Of a DNA stretch of 64,000 bases, positions 1-16,345 are shown piece by piece. Position 1 is the stretch's first letter, and each line of letters starts with the position of its first letter. Under the pieces are notes generated by a model that ran no database searches, was not told the origin of the DNA, and worked only from the letters and a program-made list of their open reading frames with translations. This stretch comes from Macrostomum lignano (taxonomy: Eukaryota), in contig NIVC01001349.1 of the NCBI GenBank assembly GCA_002269645.1, positions 15,261-79,260 of the forward strand. Reading direction: 5' to 3'. The translations under genes were made by a program, and so were the position numbers.

Positions 1-46
1 ACCTCACTCCTGGCAAATAACTAAGCACATAAATCACATCTCTCAC

Positions 47-193
47 CTGGCAGGGGTTGCGACTGCACCGATTCGCCCTGCATCAGCAGGACGGCCTGGG
101 CGCTCTCCCAGATCCGGCGTTCTCTGTCATTGGCGACGCACTGGACAACGCCGCGATAGCTCGGGTCGAAGCGTGGCACAATTAGGCGAGAGG
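47..193 (-). CDS. Ig-superfamily receptor exon, Ig4 C-half (gene continues off the window)
   Basis: ttttttag| SRLIVPRFDPSYRGVVQCVANDRERRIWESAQAVLLMQGESVQSQPLP |gtgaga; 147 nt. GVVQCVAN resembles iHog Ig4 GYVQC (recalled). Confidence 0.85.
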
Positions 194-274
194 CTAAAAA
201 ATGTTGGGCAAAATATTGACACTTAACATAAAGCCGAGACTCAGTATCAGCTGATTAATATCGTGTGCAGTCAC

Positions 275-463
275 CTCCGGGATCCGAGGGAGTCTCCTGG
301 ACAACAAACCCACTGGCTGGATCTCTTGCATCAATCAGACGCCCATTGAAGAACCACAGCGGCGACTGGCCGGAGCTGCCCTGCAGGCGACATTCGAAGC
401 TGGCCTCGACGTCAGGCTCGTCCACGATGACGTCATTGGGCTTTGTGACTATCGACAGGCGCT
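275..463 (-). CDS. Ig-superfamily receptor exon, Ig4 N-half
   Basis: attcccag| RLSIVTKPNDVIVDEPDVEASFECRLQGSSGQSPLWFFNGRLIDARD... |gtgact; 189 nt, phase 1-1. Confidence 0.88.
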
Positions 464-539
464 CTGGGAATAAAAATTTATAACATAGGTTGTGGAGTAG
501 TTAGGTATACATATCCTTCATCCGCTCGCTCCTTCACCA

Positions 540-850
540 TCTCACTCCAAAACCCACACATCACTCCAACACCCACCTCACTCCAAAACCCACCTCACTC
601 TAATTCCCACCTCACTCCAACACCCACCTCACGCCAAAACCCACCTCACTCCAACACCCACCTCACTCCAACACCCACCTCACTCCAACACCCACCTCAC
701 TCCAACACCCACCTCACTCCAACACCCACCTTACTCTTAACACCCACCTCACTCCAACACCCACCTCACTCGAACACCCGCCTCACTCCAACACCCACCT
801 CACTCCAACACCCATCTCACTCCAACACCCATCTCACTCCAACACACACT
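540..850 (+). repeat. 17-bp minisatellite (ACACCCACCTCACTCCA)
   Basis: About 18 tandem copies in the intron 464-918. Confidence 0.95.
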
Positions 851-918
851 TCGTGTTTACAGCCACTCAGACAGACAACACCTCCAGATTCCTCGCTCTA
901 CCCATCCTCATCTCTCAC

Positions 919-1242
919 TTTTCACTGCGATATTGAATCTGGCGAACTTCTTCTCAACGCGCAGGTGGCTGGATGCGGTCAGATCTTTTCGATAAGTGAC
1001 CCGGCACAGGTACCCGCCCTGGTCCTCCTGGCGGATGTCGGCGAACTGCAGGATGCCAAAGTCACGCGACTCGACGGCTGTTGTCGGCAGCGCAAGTCGA
1101 CCCTCGTCGCGTAGATAAGAAACCTCAGCGATCGGTGAGGACTCTGTGATGCACGTGTAGGTCACGTTGACGCCCTCCGTTACAGTCAGCTCTGTCGGCC
1201 TCGGAGGCGACACCACTTTGGGCGGGAAAGGCGAGACGGCCT
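919..1242 (-). CDS. Ig-superfamily receptor exon, Ig3
   Basis: cccacag| AVSPFPPKVVSPPRPTELTVTEGVNVTYTC...DIRQEDQGGYLCRV...NIAVK |gtgaga; 324 nt; canonical DxGxYxC motif. Confidence 0.9.
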
Positions 1243-1467
1243 CTGTGGGATTTAGGGTCAACGGTTTTTTAAAGCCTACTTTTGCCGAGTGGCTGTCAGG
1301 AAAGTTGCGAAGCTTTGGCGCGAGCAAATTTGAAAGATTTGTATTACAGGACTCGGTCAGTGGGTCAAGGAGGGAGTTTACAGACACAATTTTTGACACA
1401 ATTCACACTTACAGTGTTAGATTTGAGAACAGAACGACAAACCTATATATTTCGAATCTTGCACTGA

Positions 1468-1685
1468 GCAGCCACCTCACTCCACAGCCACTTCACCCCA
1501 CAGCCACTTCACCCCACAGCCACCTCACTCTGCAGCCACCTCACTCCGCAGCCACTTCACCCCACAGCCACCACTCCGCAGCCTCCTCACTCCGCAGCCA
1601 CCTCACTCCGCAGCCACCCCACTCTGCAGCCACCTCACTCCGCAGCCACCTCACTCCGTAACCTCCTCACTCCAAAGTCACCTCA
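1468..1685 (+). repeat. Degenerate 16-17-bp minisatellite (GCAGCCACCTCACTCC)
   Basis: Visible tandem copies. Confidence 0.85.
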
Positions 1686-2605
1686 CCTTCGCAGACATTT
1701 TGAAAAAAATCACTCAAGATTTGCCTAAGTATCTTTTTAAAAAGCGAGGAGAGAGACAGCACAGTACAATTCGGATGACTTAAAGTGTTAGCAAGAAATA
1801 CGAATTGCAGAGACAGATTAAAATGGCACACAGAATAAGTTAGCAAAAAGGTTGTGCAGTAGGAAATGTTTTTATTTGTTTACGTAATTCTCCGGTACTA
1901 TACTCTGATATTGTGCCCGCCAGTACTACAAAATATTTTCTTCGAAGCAATGTACAAAGAAGACACAACAGCAAAGAGGCGGGTAACAGTGACAAGTAGC
2001 TCGTACTACGAAAATGATTGAGTAAGAAGTTTTTTGTGAGAAATCGATGGATAAAGGAAATCTCTATAAATTTTTGCATCAAGCAATTGTTAAGCAGAGT
2101 ATAAAGATAACTCATAATTGTAAAGGCGAATCAATAGAAATGCGTTTGTAAAACACGGCAAGCCCAAGTCCTACGGTTATTTGCTTAGCTTTTTGTTTAA
2201 ATTACTATTTGATAGTTTATTGCTGATAATTAGATATTTTGTTTAAATTTAATTTTTTAACCTTGCATACCAAAAATGCATGAAGCTACTGAATTGTGAT
2301 ATGAGTAATTCATTCGGATGCATATTGCTAAATTGCTTGACAACACACATACTTGAACAACTTGATACGAGTATGTCACTCGCAAAAATGAGCTCATCTA
2401 CATTACTCTCTTTAAGTAGCCGCAACAATCGCCTCTGGCGTTTTGCGAACTACAAGCAGACTAATTAAATTAGCATTGAGAACCCACCCTGCTTGAAGCT
2501 GCACCCCAAATCCTGTACGTATACGTAACGAACAAGAGAGAAAATTGGTGACGCCCCAGCCCCCAAGCCAGGCTTGGCTTTCGTGTCTGATGATTTGACC
2601 TCTAG

Positions 2606-2908
2606 CCTTACTGCTCTCTCATTGGCTGAGCTAGATTGGGCCTGCCCCGCCCCCCAGGCTGAAGTTTCGTCCGTCTGAATTTTGACTACTTTCCTTACTG
2701 CTCTCTCATTGGCTGAGCTAGATTGGGCCTGCCCCCCCCCAGGCTGAAGTTTCGTCCGTCTGAATTTTGACTACTTTCCTTACTGCTCTCTCATTGGCTG
2801 AGCTAGATTGGGCCTGCCCCCCCCCCAGGCTGAAGTTTCGTCCGTCTGAATTTTGACTACTTTCCTTACTGCTCTCTCATTGGCTGAGCTAGATTAGGCC
2901 TGCCCCCT
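2606..2908 (+). repeat. ~86-bp tandem repeat x3.5 carrying CCAAT boxes
   Basis: Units start at 2606, 2693, 2778 and 2864; each has CTCATTGGCT and GATTGGG. Confidence 0.92.
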
Positions 2909-3819
2909 AGTCACTTGCGTGCATCGAGTCAAATGCTTGTTGTTCATTCTTAATTCCATATGCTCCCGAGGCCAAGAAGCCCCAGGAAAAATTTTTAGCT
3001 GCCTTCTTAAATATAATCTACACTACGCACACAACTACTGAGAAGAAGAGTAGACGCCCTATTTTTTAAAAACTTTGATTGCGACATATCAAGTTGCTCT
3101 AATATCTGTGCTTCACAATTTTGATGCAAATCAGATGTAAATCACGTGTGTGCAATTTATTGAAGGCTGATTTTCATAAAAAAATAATGAGCTAGCAAAA
3201 GGTAGAAAAAGGTCCGTTTTTAGCATACAATGTACGGCTACCAGTTATGAATTTGTAAGTTAAACTATATTTTAGCCTCAAACTGTCTATGTAAAACTAC
3301 TTATACTATTTTCTTAGTGGTCTGCACTATACGAGCTAATAGTAAATGCTTCTAGAGCTAGCGAATGGTTAAGGTTGACAGGAATTACGGTACTCTAATT
3401 CAGAATTTAAGAAGGCTCGCAAACTTTCACAGTCTATCAAAAAACAGTGGAAGCAGCCATTAAAGGGGTGGGCGGTGAAGTTCTGGTGCGCAGTCTGCTG
3501 CGGTGGTTAATTTGGCTTCTTTACCTTCGTACGGCGAACCGCTAGGCTCTAGGAATGGCTCTGCAAAGTGCCAGGGCGCGCAGTCAGATAGAGGGAGAGA
3601 GAACGAGGGTTAAATTCGCGATTAACTACTGCTAAGTAGCCACTATAGCTTATAATAGTAGCTAAACTAAGGATGCGTGTTAAAATAAACGGAGCAATAT
3701 CTCATTGGTTGATTTATGCGAACCGGTTGCAGCTGGCGTAATAGCGATGAGTGCGTGCTCGAACCCAGGACCGTAGGGTTGCACTTCAGGATTATGAAAA
3801 TTCATTTGAAGGCCAAAAG

Positions 3820-4900
<1,081 letters not shown>

Positions 4901-5994
4901 ATTTGCATGCAGTACGCTTGCATTAAAGCTATCATAATCAGAAAATTTTCTCTCACTACCCGTGGTCCCAGGTTCGAATAAATGCACACACATTTCGGTA
5001 CAAATACGTCTATAGGACAGAAATCAAGGTTGCAGCCGGGTGTGGGATATTGAAAACAAAATAATCCAGGGACTGATCTCAACTACTGGTGAACTCTGCA
5101 CTGGGCTTTATGTGGCGCGTGCGGATGGCAATTGTGCAGCCTGACAAGCTTCATCGGCTATAAAGCTCTTTCACCTGGATCCGTTTGTTTGGTTCTGACA
5201 TTCTGACCATCTTTGCTGCGGAACTGCGCACAAAATCTCAGGATTTGTCTCGAATTCAAAGTACCTGCAGTTCTTTATATTCTCATAGAATTCCAATCCG
5301 AACTTTGCGCTTGAATTTAAAGTACCCGAAGTTCTTTGTGCTCGGACGCAGCAAGAATGGTCAGAAGGGGTTTTACATGTTTCCACTTTAGATAATTTTA
5401 GAGTGTCAATTTACTCGTGTGCTCCACTGTATGTTCAATCGCTTCGTAAAATGGAAATATCTAACCAGCTTCTTTAGTACTCGGTTACAACAAAATTAAC
5501 CATGGAAAATCAACCGTCAGGTTCAGGTTTGCGGGTCTGGATGAACCAATTTGGTGCTTAAAACGTGTTCTCGTTTAAAAAAACAAAGAAATAAATACAC
5601 TCGAGCATATAAGTGAACAGAAAATTTTCACTCAACTACTGTAAGTAGAAATGTTTGGTTTTTTGGGTAGTAAAGTGCGCACAGCGTGTAAATAAACGAA
5701 TACTGCCCCCTAATTTAATTGAAACAAAAGAATTGCATGCAAAAATATGTAGGCGATCGACGCAGAGGCTGCTACCAGCCCAGTAATTAGCAAGTACTTC
5801 TTCATCACCTGTTCAATGTTTGCAACATCAGATTTTACAGTGGTGCACTTAGTGGTGCACTTAGAACTCAGTTTAAAACTCGGTCCAGCCGTGCACCAAA
5901 CATTGAAGTTGAAAATTTTAATTAACAAAACTTTACTGCTTGATCTGTGAAACAATCTCTAGTTTTCTTTTCTCGAATTATTTCGAATACTCAC

Positions 5995-6153
5995 GCTGCA
6001 CTTTGAGCACAGTTTTGACAGGCGACTCAACCGTCTGTCTGGTGATGGGGTTGGTCGCATTGCAGCCGTAATGCTTGTCGCCGTCGTCGGAGAGGACCTT
6101 GCTGATGACCAGGGCGAAGACGCCGTCAGCCAGCTGCACTGCGCGGAACCGGC
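5995..6153 (-). CDS. Ig-superfamily receptor exon, Ig2 C-half
   Basis: cccacag| RFRAVQLADGVFALVISKVLSDDGDKHYGCNATNPITRQTVESPVKTVLKVQ |gtgagt; 159 nt. YxCxAxNPxT resembles CDON/BOC/iHog Ig2 (recalled). Confidence 0.9.
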
Positions 6154-6169
6154 CTGTGGGAGGGTGCGG

Positions 6170-6785
6170 TGGTCATTGAGCACTGAGCTCATAGGGATGG
6201 TCATTGAGCACTGAGCTCATAGGGATGGTCATTGAGCACTGAGCTCATAGGGATGGTCATTGAGCACTGAGCTCATAGGGATGGTCATTGAGCACTGAGC
6301 TCATAGGGATGGTCATTGAGCACTGAGCTCATAGGGATGGTCATTGAGCACTGAGCTCATAGGGATGGTCATTGAGCACTGAGCTCATAGAGATGGTCAT
6401 TGAGCACTGAGCTCATAGGGATGGTCATTGAGCACTGAGCTCATAGGGATGGTCATTGAGCACTGAGCTCATAGGGATGGTCATTGAGCACTGAGCTAAT
6501 AGAGATGGTCATTGAGCACTGAGCTCATAGGGATGGTCATTGAGCACTGAGCTCATAGGGATGGTCATTGAGCACTGAGCTCATAGAGATGGTCATTGAG
6601 CACTGAGCTCATAGGGATGGTCATTGAGCACTGAGCTCATAGGGATGGTCATTGAGCACTGAGCTCATAGGGATGGTCATTGAGCACTGAGCTAATAGAG
6701 ATGGTCATTGAGCACTGAGCTCATAGGGATGATCATTGAGCACTGAGCTCATAGGGATGGTCATTGAGCACTGAGCTAATAGAGA
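6170..6785 (+). repeat. 28-bp minisatellite (GGTCATTGAGCACTGAGCTCATAGGGAT)
   Basis: About 22 near-identical copies next to the 6154 acceptor. Confidence 0.97.
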
Positions 6786-7199
6786 GATGAGTTAGCATTC
6801 TTGCAATTGTTTTTTGGCTTCAGGTAAATGCAAATTCATTTTTTATAATAAAAATTGCGCAAAATCAATTGACAAGCAAGCTGGAGTCCTCATGCAAAAA
6901 TATTGCCAAAACATTTTCTTTCAATCAAAAAAGTAAATTTGGAACAAAGTATTTTGTTAATGATTAACTAAAGCAAATTCTGTATGAAGTACATGTAAAA
7001 GCGACTAATCTACAATACATTTTATTCAACAAGCTCATACGACACTCAGACGCACAAACAGTGAATAAAAGTACACCGATAGCTTTTAATACGCGCGCTC
7101 ACGCAGGCACGAAGGCCAATAAGACCAAACTATATAGTCCTGACTCTCTCCACTCCACTCCACTCTAATGGTTTGTTAAATATGTCATTCTACATGTAC

Positions 7200-8545
7200 T
7201 CTTATCACTCTCATATTTGATCTAGTCACTCTACTGTTGTCACTCTCTCTCATAATTGATGTAGTCACTCTACCGTTGTCACTCTCATATTTGATCTAGT
7301 CACTCTACTGTTGTCACTCTCATATTTGATCTAGTCACTCTACTGTTGTCACTCTCTCTCATATTTGATCTAGTCATAGTCACTCTACTGTTGTCACTCT
7401 CTCTCATATTTGATCTAGTCATAGTCACTCTACTGTTGTCACTCTCTCTCATATTTGATCTAGTCACTCTACCGTTGTCACTCTCATATTTGATCTAGTC
7501 ACTCTACTGTTGTCACTCTCATATTTGATCTAGTCACTCTACTGTTGTCACTCTCTCTCATATTTGATCTAGTCATAGTCACTCTACTGTTGTCACTCTC
7601 TCTCATATTTGATCTAGTCACTCTACTGTTGTCACTCTCTCTCATATTTGATCTAGTCATAGTCACTCTACTGTTGTCACTCTCTCTCATATTTGATCTA
7701 GTCACTCTACTGTTGTCACTCTCTCTCATATTTGATCTAGTCATAGTCACTCTACTGTTGTCACTCTCTCTCATATTTGATCTAGTCACTCTACTGTTGT
7801 CACTCTCTCTCATATTTGATGTAGTCACTCTACCGTTGTCACTCTCATATTTGATCTAGTCACTCTACTGTTGTCACTCTCATATTTGATCTAGTCACTC
7901 TACTGTTGTCACTCTCATATTTGATCTAGTCACTCTACTGTTGTCACTCTCATATTTAATCTAGTCACTCTACTGTTGTCACTCTCTCTCATATTTGATC
8001 TAGTCACTCTACTGTTGTCACTCTCTCTCATATTTGATGTAGTCACTCTACTGTTGTCACTCTCTCTCATATTTGATCTAGTCACTCTACTGTTGTCACT
8101 CTCTCTCATATTTGATCTAGTCACTCTACTGTTGTCACTCTCTCTCATATTTGATCTAGTCACTCTACTGTTGTCACTCTCTCTCATATTTGATCTAGTC
8201 ACTCTACTGTTGTCACTCTCTCATATTTGATCTAGTCATAGTCACTCTACTGTTGTCACTCTCTCTCGTATTTGATCTAGTCACTCTACTGTTGTCACTC
8301 TCTCTCATATTTGATGTAGTCACTCTACTGTTGTCACTCTCTCTCATATTTGATCTAGTCACTCTACTGTTGTCACTCTCTCTCATATTTGATGTAGTCA
8401 CTCTACTGTTGTCACTCTCATATTTGATCTAGTCACTCTACTGTTGTCACTCTCATATTTAATCTAGTCACTCTACTGTTGTCACTCTCTCTCATATTTG
8501 ATCTAGTCACTCTACTGTTGTCACTCTCATATTTGATCTAGTAAC
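7200..8545 (+). repeat. 33-43-bp minisatellite (CTAGTCACTCTACTGTTGTCACTCT..CATATTTGAT)
   Basis: Tandem units with variable CT and GTCATA inserts. Confidence 0.97.
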
Positions 8546-8972
8546 TGCCATTTCCCCACCTAGAAACGGTTCTCTTACACAAGGAATATCCATGCTGTAC
8601 AACACAGAAAGCCGCAGCGGGAACTGGCAAATCCCCAAAGACTTCAAAGTCGAGGAGCAGCAAGATAAAATCCGAATCATGAACAAAGCGTGTTTACAAA
8701 ATAAATAACTAATAAAACTATTTAGATTTGCCCTCACTTAGCGGGGGCTGCATAACCCACCTCGTTCCACGTGATTTGAATAGGCTGACAATGGTAGTCG
8801 AATAGAAATGTAGAATAGATTAATTGTTTGCTTCGATTTCAAATTCCATTCAAGATCAAACATTTGTTATCTAGAGTACTAGACATGCCATAGATATAGC
8901 AGTGTACATGTTTGGACTCTGCCGGCTCTCATTGGCTGATCACCCAGCCTATCAGCGTCGAGGCTCACTCAC

Positions 8973-9119
8973 CAAGCGGATTTAGCGGCGCCCCGTTGGC
9001 TGTGAAGACAATATCTGCTGGCGGCGATGATTTCGGCGGCTGGCACTCGATTTGCACTTTGTTTCCCTTGAAGCACTGCTTAGTGACCAGCTGGCTGGGC
9101 CCGGCGAACGGCTCAAGAG
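8973..9119 (-). CDS. Ig-superfamily receptor exon, Ig2 N-half
   Basis: cccacag| LEPFAGPSQLVTKQCFKGNKVQIECQPPKSSPPADIVFTANGAPLNPL |gtgagt; 147 nt, phase 1-1. Confidence 0.88.
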
Positions 9120-9399
9120 CTGTGGGACAGCAGCGGAAGTCAATTTAAAATTTAATATCCCTTTCAGTCTACTTAATAGTAGACTAGACTTGCTATGTAT
9201 CCTCTTTTGCTATCAAAACTGAAAATTAATTTCATTTGTAAATTTGTGCTGTGCAATGAAAGTTACTCGTAAGTTTAGAAGGAAAAATAAATACCATATT
9301 GTGATTAAACTGTAATCGATATATGTTTATTTGCCTTTTTTGTTTTACGCCTAAAATAGAGTAAGGTCTCTATTTTATCAGAGAGTAGAGGAGAGAGAT

Positions 9400-9862
9400 A
9401 AGGGAAGAGGAAGAGAGATTAGAGATGAGGGTAGAGAGATGAGGGTAGAGGGTAGAGAGCAATAGGGAGGAGGGAGGAGGGGAGAGATAAGGGAGGAGGG
9501 AGGAGGGGAGAGAGATAAGGGAGGAGGGAGGAGGGGAGAGATAAGGGAGGAGGGAGGAGGGGAGAGAGATAAGGGAGGAGGGAGGAGGGGAGAGAGATAA
9601 GGGAGGAGGGAGGAGGGGAGAGATAAGGGAGGAGGGAGGAGGGGAGAGAGATAAGGGAGGAGGGAGGAGGGGAGAGATAAGGGAGGAGGGAGGAGGGGAG
9701 AGAGATAAGGGAGGAGGGAGGAGGGGAGAGAGATAAGGGAGGAAGGAGGAGGGGAGAGAGATAAGGGAGGAGGGAGGAGGGGAGAGAGATAAGGGAGGAA
9801 GGAGGAGGGGAGAGAGATAAGGGAGGAGGGAGGAGGGGAGAGAGATAAGGGAGGAGGGAGGG
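9400..9862 (+). repeat. Purine-rich 26-28-bp minisatellite (GGGAGGAGGGAGGAGGGGAGAGAGATAA)
   Basis: Homopurine tandem array. Confidence 0.95.
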
Positions 9863-10009
9863 AAACAAGGTAGTAGGGGAGAAAGATAAGACAGTAGCTC
9901 GTATAGGCCTAATCTGACCATTGCTTTTTTCTTTACGGTAGAAGGGGAATGAGAAACGGTAGATATGAAGGGGAGAGAGACAAGAATGAACTGAGCACTC
10001 AAGTCTCAC

Positions 10010-10333
10010 CGGCCACTTCAACTCGAAAGGGGGCGCTGACAACGGCGAAATTCGACGGCGACACGGCCTTGCAGAAGAACTCCAGCCGACTGAGCAACAG
10101 GCCAGCTGACGCAGCGGCCGCCGTCTCCACCCGGATGCCGTCCCGGTGGCAGCGAACTCCTGGCAGCAGGTCGCTGTCGGCCGGCACAAACCGGATGTCC
10201 GAGCCGCTTCCGGTTGCGTCATCGCGAAATCCGCACTGCAACACGGAGGCGCGGGCCCGGCAGGACAGGCTGGCGGGAACTCCCGGTCGAGTGTAGGCCA
10301 CTTTGGGCGGCACGGATTCGAACTCGGGCAGCA
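10010..10333 (-). CDS. Ig-superfamily receptor exon, Ig domain 1
   Basis: ttgcag| LPEFESVPPKVAYTRPGVPASLSCRA...EFFCKAVSPSNFAVVSAPFRVEVA |gtgaga; 324 nt, phase 1-1; Ig Cys pair present. Confidence 0.88.
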
Positions 10334-10600
10334 CTGCAAGCATTATTTGAGTGCGGTGTCTCTGTTGTCCATTTTTGCAACCAGGTTGCGTTTAAAAAGA
10401 TTTTCTGGCTCAAGTGGAACAAGAGCGCAAATACTGTGGCATGTACACTGTGTTTCATAGCCCGACTATCTTACGGGTCAAACTTTTGTTCACAAGTCCC
10501 AAATTAATTTGTCCCGCACACAGAATCAAATCAGGGATTGTGGCATGAGAGAGTCAGACGCCAGGCCCTATCTGATGTACATTAAATGTACATTGATGCT

Positions 10601-10903
10601 GGGGCCGAAGCCTAGTGGTCTGGCGCTGCGCTCTGATGGGCCAGCGGCTCAAACTTGGGGCTAAATTGGAATTTCGGCTTGGCTCTGCTCGTGCAATTAG
10701 CGGTCTTGAGGTTCAATCCCCCAGGGCACACTGAGGTGTACATGAGTAACGATAAATAAAGTTAGGGCCGCTGTACACTCCTGTGAGTGTGTGCCTGAGC
10801 GTATGACTGCGTACGTATCCGCGCGCTTGTGTGCTTAGGGGAGTCGGCGGAATGGGCAGCAATGCCTCTCGCCGGTTGTGACACAGTCCCCTACCTCTAA
10901 TCC
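10601..10903 (+). mobile_element. tRNA-derived SINE family A, copy 1
   Basis: A-box-like AGCCTAGTGG at 10609; B-box GGTTCAATCCC at 10710; body homologous to the copies at 28.3 and 32.5 kb. Confidence 0.8.
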
Positions 10904-12119
10904 ACTAAACTCAAACACCGTAAATTGTAGATTTCGAAGGTTTTTTAATCTAGATGCTGCTTTTTCCAAGCCATGGATGTCTAGTTGATGCAAACCAATT
11001 TCTGTAGCCCATAGACATGTAAAGAAACATCCCCAATATCTACTTAATAGTAGTAAGCAAATGCACTGCAATGTAAGAAATTCTTAATTTCATCAACAGC
11101 AATCTGGAAGCTATTATTCACCAGCCGTCTTATGCATGAAGACTGATTATTTAGGAATAATTTATCTAAATCTTGCATTGTCGCGGGTTTCTTGCCATCA
11201 AACGGACACAGAGGTACACACGAGTGAGTAAAATCACTCTCCACTCTCCCACTCTCACCCCACAGCGGGAATGACCCAGAAATAATCCTTCCTGGCATGC
11301 CTGAAGAAGCAGATTGAAAATTTTTTGCCCACTCTACTCCACCCTCCCCCCTCAGTCCAAGGTGCATCGATTTTCGACGTAGCCAGGTGAAGTGCGGATA
11401 GCGGGGGGTGGCGAGGCAGAGTGCACGGGCAACCGCAAGGGACTCAGTTGGGAAATCAGCTGGCTAAGCTCTACTACCTCTGCAGTGAATCATTTTTTAT
11501 CCCGGTTCGCCCTCAGCGGCATCTCAGAGCAAACCCCTGATTCAATTAGACGCTTGGACAGAGATCTGTGACACCTTCCTCCCCACGGTCGCTCTTGAAC
11601 CGGCCGCTGGGCTGCGGGGAAAGGGCGGAGAATCGTCAAGTATCGTTGAAGATCCGCGCACATCCGCAATCTCCTTCATCGTCCGTTACAGTTTGAAGTT
11701 TTCGCTTAACTAACTTAGCGCGCGATCGGGCACGACAGCGACCCCCCCCCACTTCATCTCCTTCAGTGGCAAAATCTGCAACTCCTCTCCAACCGCGAGG
11801 GAATTATCGGCTTTCAATTTGGCCTATTAGCGAATAAAGCAGCGCGGCTCGGGAAAAGAAGGATCCGGGCTTCTTCTTCTACGGTTGAGTCACAAAATTG
11901 TTTTGCCAAATTGTAACCGGCCCATTACACACACCGGGCTACCCTCTTTGACGCATCTGGACAGGACTGACTCAGAATAGAGAGCCGAGAAGGGTTTGGG
12001 ATGCTGAAGAGGCTTCCCTTGTGGGGATCTGGGGAGGACTGAATTCCTCAGTGTGCTGGCCATCTGGGATTTCTGGATTCAACGCTAAGTCGCCTGTGAG
12101 GCTGGCATCAGGACAAGAT

Positions 12120-14610
<2,491 letters not shown>

Positions 14611-15429
14611 GCGCACTGGCAGGTCATAAAGCATCTGTCTGATCAGCCAGGCAGTAAATTAGCCATCAAACCAATGCGGATGCCGCACAGAGAGGAAGCG
14701 CCTCCGCCGGGCCGGGAAACGCCAGGCCAAATATTAGCACAGGCTGCAGCGCCTTCCAAGCTAATAAAGCCGATCCGCCTTTCAGAGCCGCTCTAAATGA
14801 GCTCAGCCAGCAACTTCCACCCGCTCGCCCTCTCGCCTTGCTCCGTCCCCAAACCCGACTGCTCAGCCGCAGCCTTTCAGCGCAGCCTTGATTTATTGCC
14901 TCTGCGCCCCTGTCCCACTTTTTCTTCGCCTTTCACGGCAGAATTTGAGCAGTGTTCTCCTACCGGTTTCCCCTGCAAGTGAGTCCTTCCCCTCGCCTCC
15001 CATCGCGGGGACACGGGAGGGGAAGCCGGGAGAGGGAGACTTTCTGGAAGGGATTACCGTCGGGGGACCTTAATTAGAGCCGCGGAGGCGGCTTCGGGGC
15101 CTCTCTGTTCCATCTCTTTTTTTATTTTTGCCACCTCTGCCTGTCGCAGATCTCTAAGTGGGACGCCGCAGAAGCAGCCGAAGCCGGCACGGAAAGAGCT
15201 GACAGCCCCTATTGGGGTTGAGGGAGTATTTCAGAGCAGGCTTTAGTCCATCTTTTCCTTTGCACTGTCCCTTTATCTGTTTGTACTCAATCGAGTATGT
15301 GTACCCTGTGTGTAATCGGACATTTCTATTGAAAAAATAACTTGTTTCAATATTGTAAAAGTTGTGAATTTAAAATAGGATCTATAATAAGGCTTGTACG
15401 GTTCTTGAAAAAAATGCTTTCTTACTCTA

Positions 15430-16345
15430 TCAAAGGTCCTTGACAGCCAGCTCACTATCAGAGGTCCTTGACAGCCAGCCAGCTCACTATCAGAGGTCCT
15501 TGTCAGCCAGCTAACCCACTATCAGAGGTCCTTGCCAGCCAGCTAGCTCACTATCAGAGGTCCTTGGCAGCCAGCTAGCTCACTATCAGAGGTCCTTGGC
15601 AGCCAGCTAGCTCACTATCAGAGGTCCTTGGCAGCCAGCTAGCTCACTATCAGAGGTCCTTGCTAGCCAGCTAGCTCACTATCAGAGGTCCTTGCTAGCC
15701 AGCTAGCTCACTATCAGAGGTCCTTGCTAGCCAGCTAACCCACTATCAGAGGTCCTTGCCAGCCAGCTAACCCACTATCAGAGGTCCTTGCCAGCCAGCT
15801 AACCCACTATCAGAGGTCCTTGGCAGCCAGCTAGCCCACTATCAGAGGTCCTTGCCAGCCAGCTAACCCACTATCAGAGGTCCTTGGCAGCCAGCTAACC
15901 CACTATCAGAGGTCCTTGCCAGCCAGCTAACCCACTATCAGAGGTCCTTGCCAGCCAGCTAACCCACTATCAGAGGTCCTTGGCAGCCAGCTAACCCACT
16001 ATCAGAGGTCCTTGGCAGCCAGCTAACCCACTATCAGAGGTCCTTGCCAGCCAGCTAACCCACTATCAGAGGTCCTTGGCAGCCAGCTAACCCACTATCA
16101 GAGGTCCTTGCCAGCCAGCTAACCCACTATCAGAGGTCCTTGGCAGCCAGCTAACCCACTATCAGAGGTCCTTGCCAGCCAGCTAGCTAACCCACTATCA
16201 GAGGTCCTTGCCAGCCAGCTAGCTAACCCACTATCAGAGGTCCTTGCCAGCCAGCTAACTCACTATCAGAGGTCCTTGGCAGCCAGCTAACTCACTATCA
16301 GAGGTCCTTGGCAGCCAGCTAACTCACTATCAGAGGTCCTTGGCA
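15430..16345 (+). repeat. ~32-bp minisatellite (CACTATCAGAGGTCCTTGCCAGCCAGCTAACC)
   Basis: About 27 copies. Confidence 0.96.

Noticed and set aside
3730-3747. 18-nt identity to the lacZ-alpha/pUC sequence CAGCTGGCGTAATAGCGA (recalled)
   Set aside because: The flanks do not continue the vector sequence; too short to call contamination.
11972-12092. Exon-like segment next to the GACA array (cctcacag|GCGAC..TTCTGA|gtcagt)
   Set aside because: Stops in all three frames, so it cannot be a coding cassette; no other support.
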